The notes under the pieces are model-generated. The model did no database searches and was not told the DNA's origin. It saw only the letters and a list, made by a program, of their open reading frames with translations. Below are positions 63,001-64,000 of a DNA stretch of 64,000 bases, one piece after another (positions within the stretch are counted from its first letter, which is position 1; every line of letters starts with the position of its first letter). The position numbers and the translations under genes are program-made. Origin of the DNA: Asterias rubens (taxonomy: Eukaryota). The stretch spans positions 6,076,001 through 6,140,000 of the forward strand of contig NC_047066.1 in assembly GCF_902459465.1 (NCBI RefSeq). Direction: 5' to 3'.

Positions 63001-63326
63001 GAACAGGCTATAGGGACCAGTGAAGAAACCATGCTCATAAGGCTGGGTCCAAATGGTCGATTACAGTAGTCAACCAATGGTCAATCAGTATTGATTCGAT
63101 TAAAAATAGTCAATCTTTAGTTAGTACCATGATGCACACTCGAACTTGCTCCATGTTGATGGTGTTGTTCAGTCAGCCTTCCAGAATGAGTATACAGAAT
63201 GGCTATACGGTACATTCAGGGTGGGTCTCTTACCTTGCACTACTGGGCGGGTCATATTGCAGTACCCAGTTTACTTCTGGGATGTCCACCCCCCTGGCCA
63301 TGACGTCTGTACAGACCAGCACACCG
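57022..63326 (-). CDS. DDX55: ATP-dependent DEAD-box RNA helicase DDX55 (Spb4 family), 3' nine coding exons; 5' part lies beyond the window
   Basis: Exons 63234-63326 ([30 protein letters not shown]), 62281-62395 ([24 protein letters not shown]), 61363-61448, 60976-61064 ([21 protein letters not shown]), 59581-59707 ([19 protein letters not shown]), 59120-59201, 58845-58940, 57726-57794 ([23 protein letters not shown]) and 57022-57105. All splice phases are consistent. HRCGRTAR motif VI and the C-terminal extension match DDX55 as I know it. Confidence 0.92.
57259..57602. mobile_element. MITE family 1 in the last intron of DDX55
   Basis: agcagtggacactattggtaatt ... aattaccaatagtgtccagtgcct-TTAA. 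Confidence 0.8.
58438..58605. mobile_element. MITE family 3, abutting a SINE head (58606-58697, minus)
   Basis: tggcccaatttcataaa ... tttatgaaattgggccca. The adjacent tRNA-like gttcgaatcccgctg segment is related to 61829-61935. Confidence 0.7.
61231..61302. repeat. 12-bp tandem repeat (acaagttttcac) x ~6
   Basis: Direct reading. Confidence 0.9.
61829..61935 (+). mobile_element. tRNA-derived SINE head, degenerate
   Basis: ggttggcgtagtggt (A-box-like) ... gagttgaatccc (B-box-like). Confidence 0.55.
61973..62159. mobile_element. MITE with aatagaccgatccattaggct TIRs and three internal CCAAT-containing repeats
   Basis: Perfect ~21-bp inverted termini; ccaatcacaacccattgcg repeated. Confidence 0.7.
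62489..62829. mobile_element. MITE family 2 in a DDX55 intron
   Basis: aggaacacgttgccttggatcgg ... aacgtgttcct-TTAA. Confidence 0.85.
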
Positions 63327-63769
63327 CTACAACAGGTTAAGAAAAAACAGGGTTTGATTAAGGGCGAAAGTGTAAAAAGAGGTCTTTGAAACTTTGACTA
63401 TTTGAAACGGGAGAAGTGTCCTCAACTTACCAATAAAATAATCCTTTTTATATAACACCCAAGCAGATCCTTGCCATTTGATTGGAGGATTGTCCGTCAC
63501 GTGATAGCAAATAAAAGTACCATTGCACGCTGAGTCACTCACCGTGCGTTTTCGTTCCATCCGAAAAGTACCATTGCACGCTGCCAGCGTGCAATGGTAC
63601 TTTTCGGATGGAACGAAAAAGCTGAGTAAAAACATCACTGCGTGCGCGTTGTCTTCGGTAACGCAGCAAGGCATATTAGTAAAATTACTAGCATTCGTCT
63701 TCTACAATTAAAAATTGGAGGCCTACGCTTTGTTTGTTTTGAAAGTTGTATCTTTCAATCAAAATGACA

Positions 63770-63960
63770 AAGATCTACTTGGATGTTATATAAAACAAAT
63801 AATGAATGTTTTTCATTCGTGCAATGGTGCGAATATGTTCATTCGTTGAAAGCTGGACTGTTCCATTCAACTCGGCTCCGCCTCGTTGAATAGAACATTC
63901 CATCTTTCAACTCATGAACATATTTGCACCATTGCACTCATAAACATTCATTATGTGTAT
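63770..63960. mobile_element. Fold-back element, family unassigned
   Basis: Imperfect arms taatgaatgtt..gtgcaatggtgcgaatatgttcat / atgaacatatttgcaccattgcac..aacattcatta around ctcggctccgcctcg. Confidence 0.6.
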
Positions 63961-64000
63961 AATATGCGATGGTCATAGAAAGTGACCCCCCCCCTGCTAA

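Overview
Eukaryotic, AT-rich, intron-containing DNA from a marine invertebrate. An echinoderm such as a sea star is my impression from the repeat content and the DDX55 sequence; this is inference, not established. Bases 2-52.5 kb hold a tandem array of eight apparently intact 4-exon genes (called A-H here) for membrane-anchored classical short-chain dehydrogenase/reductases of the retinol dehydrogenase 11/12/13/14-like type. Seven are on the minus strand and one (G) is inverted. Bases 57-63.3 kb hold the last nine coding exons of DEAD-box helicase DDX55 (minus strand, 5' part outside the window). Introns and spacers are packed with non-autonomous TTAA-targeting MITEs, hairpin elements, tRNA-derived SINEs, an RTE fragment and minisatellites. 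Most notable observations: (1) nine first coding exons for eight gene bodies, because gene F has two; (2) exon-restricted homogenisation of the cofactor-binding and C-terminal exons while substrate-contacting segments diverge; (3) a candidate cofactor-switch paralog (E) and an atypical NNEA/short-lid paralog (F); (4) two copies of a repeat headed by a minimal type I hammerhead-ribozyme motif; (5) a 1.3-kb minisatellite grown from one arm of a hairpin element. All exon boundaries were read by hand from GT/AG sites and frame continuity; there is no expression evidence.
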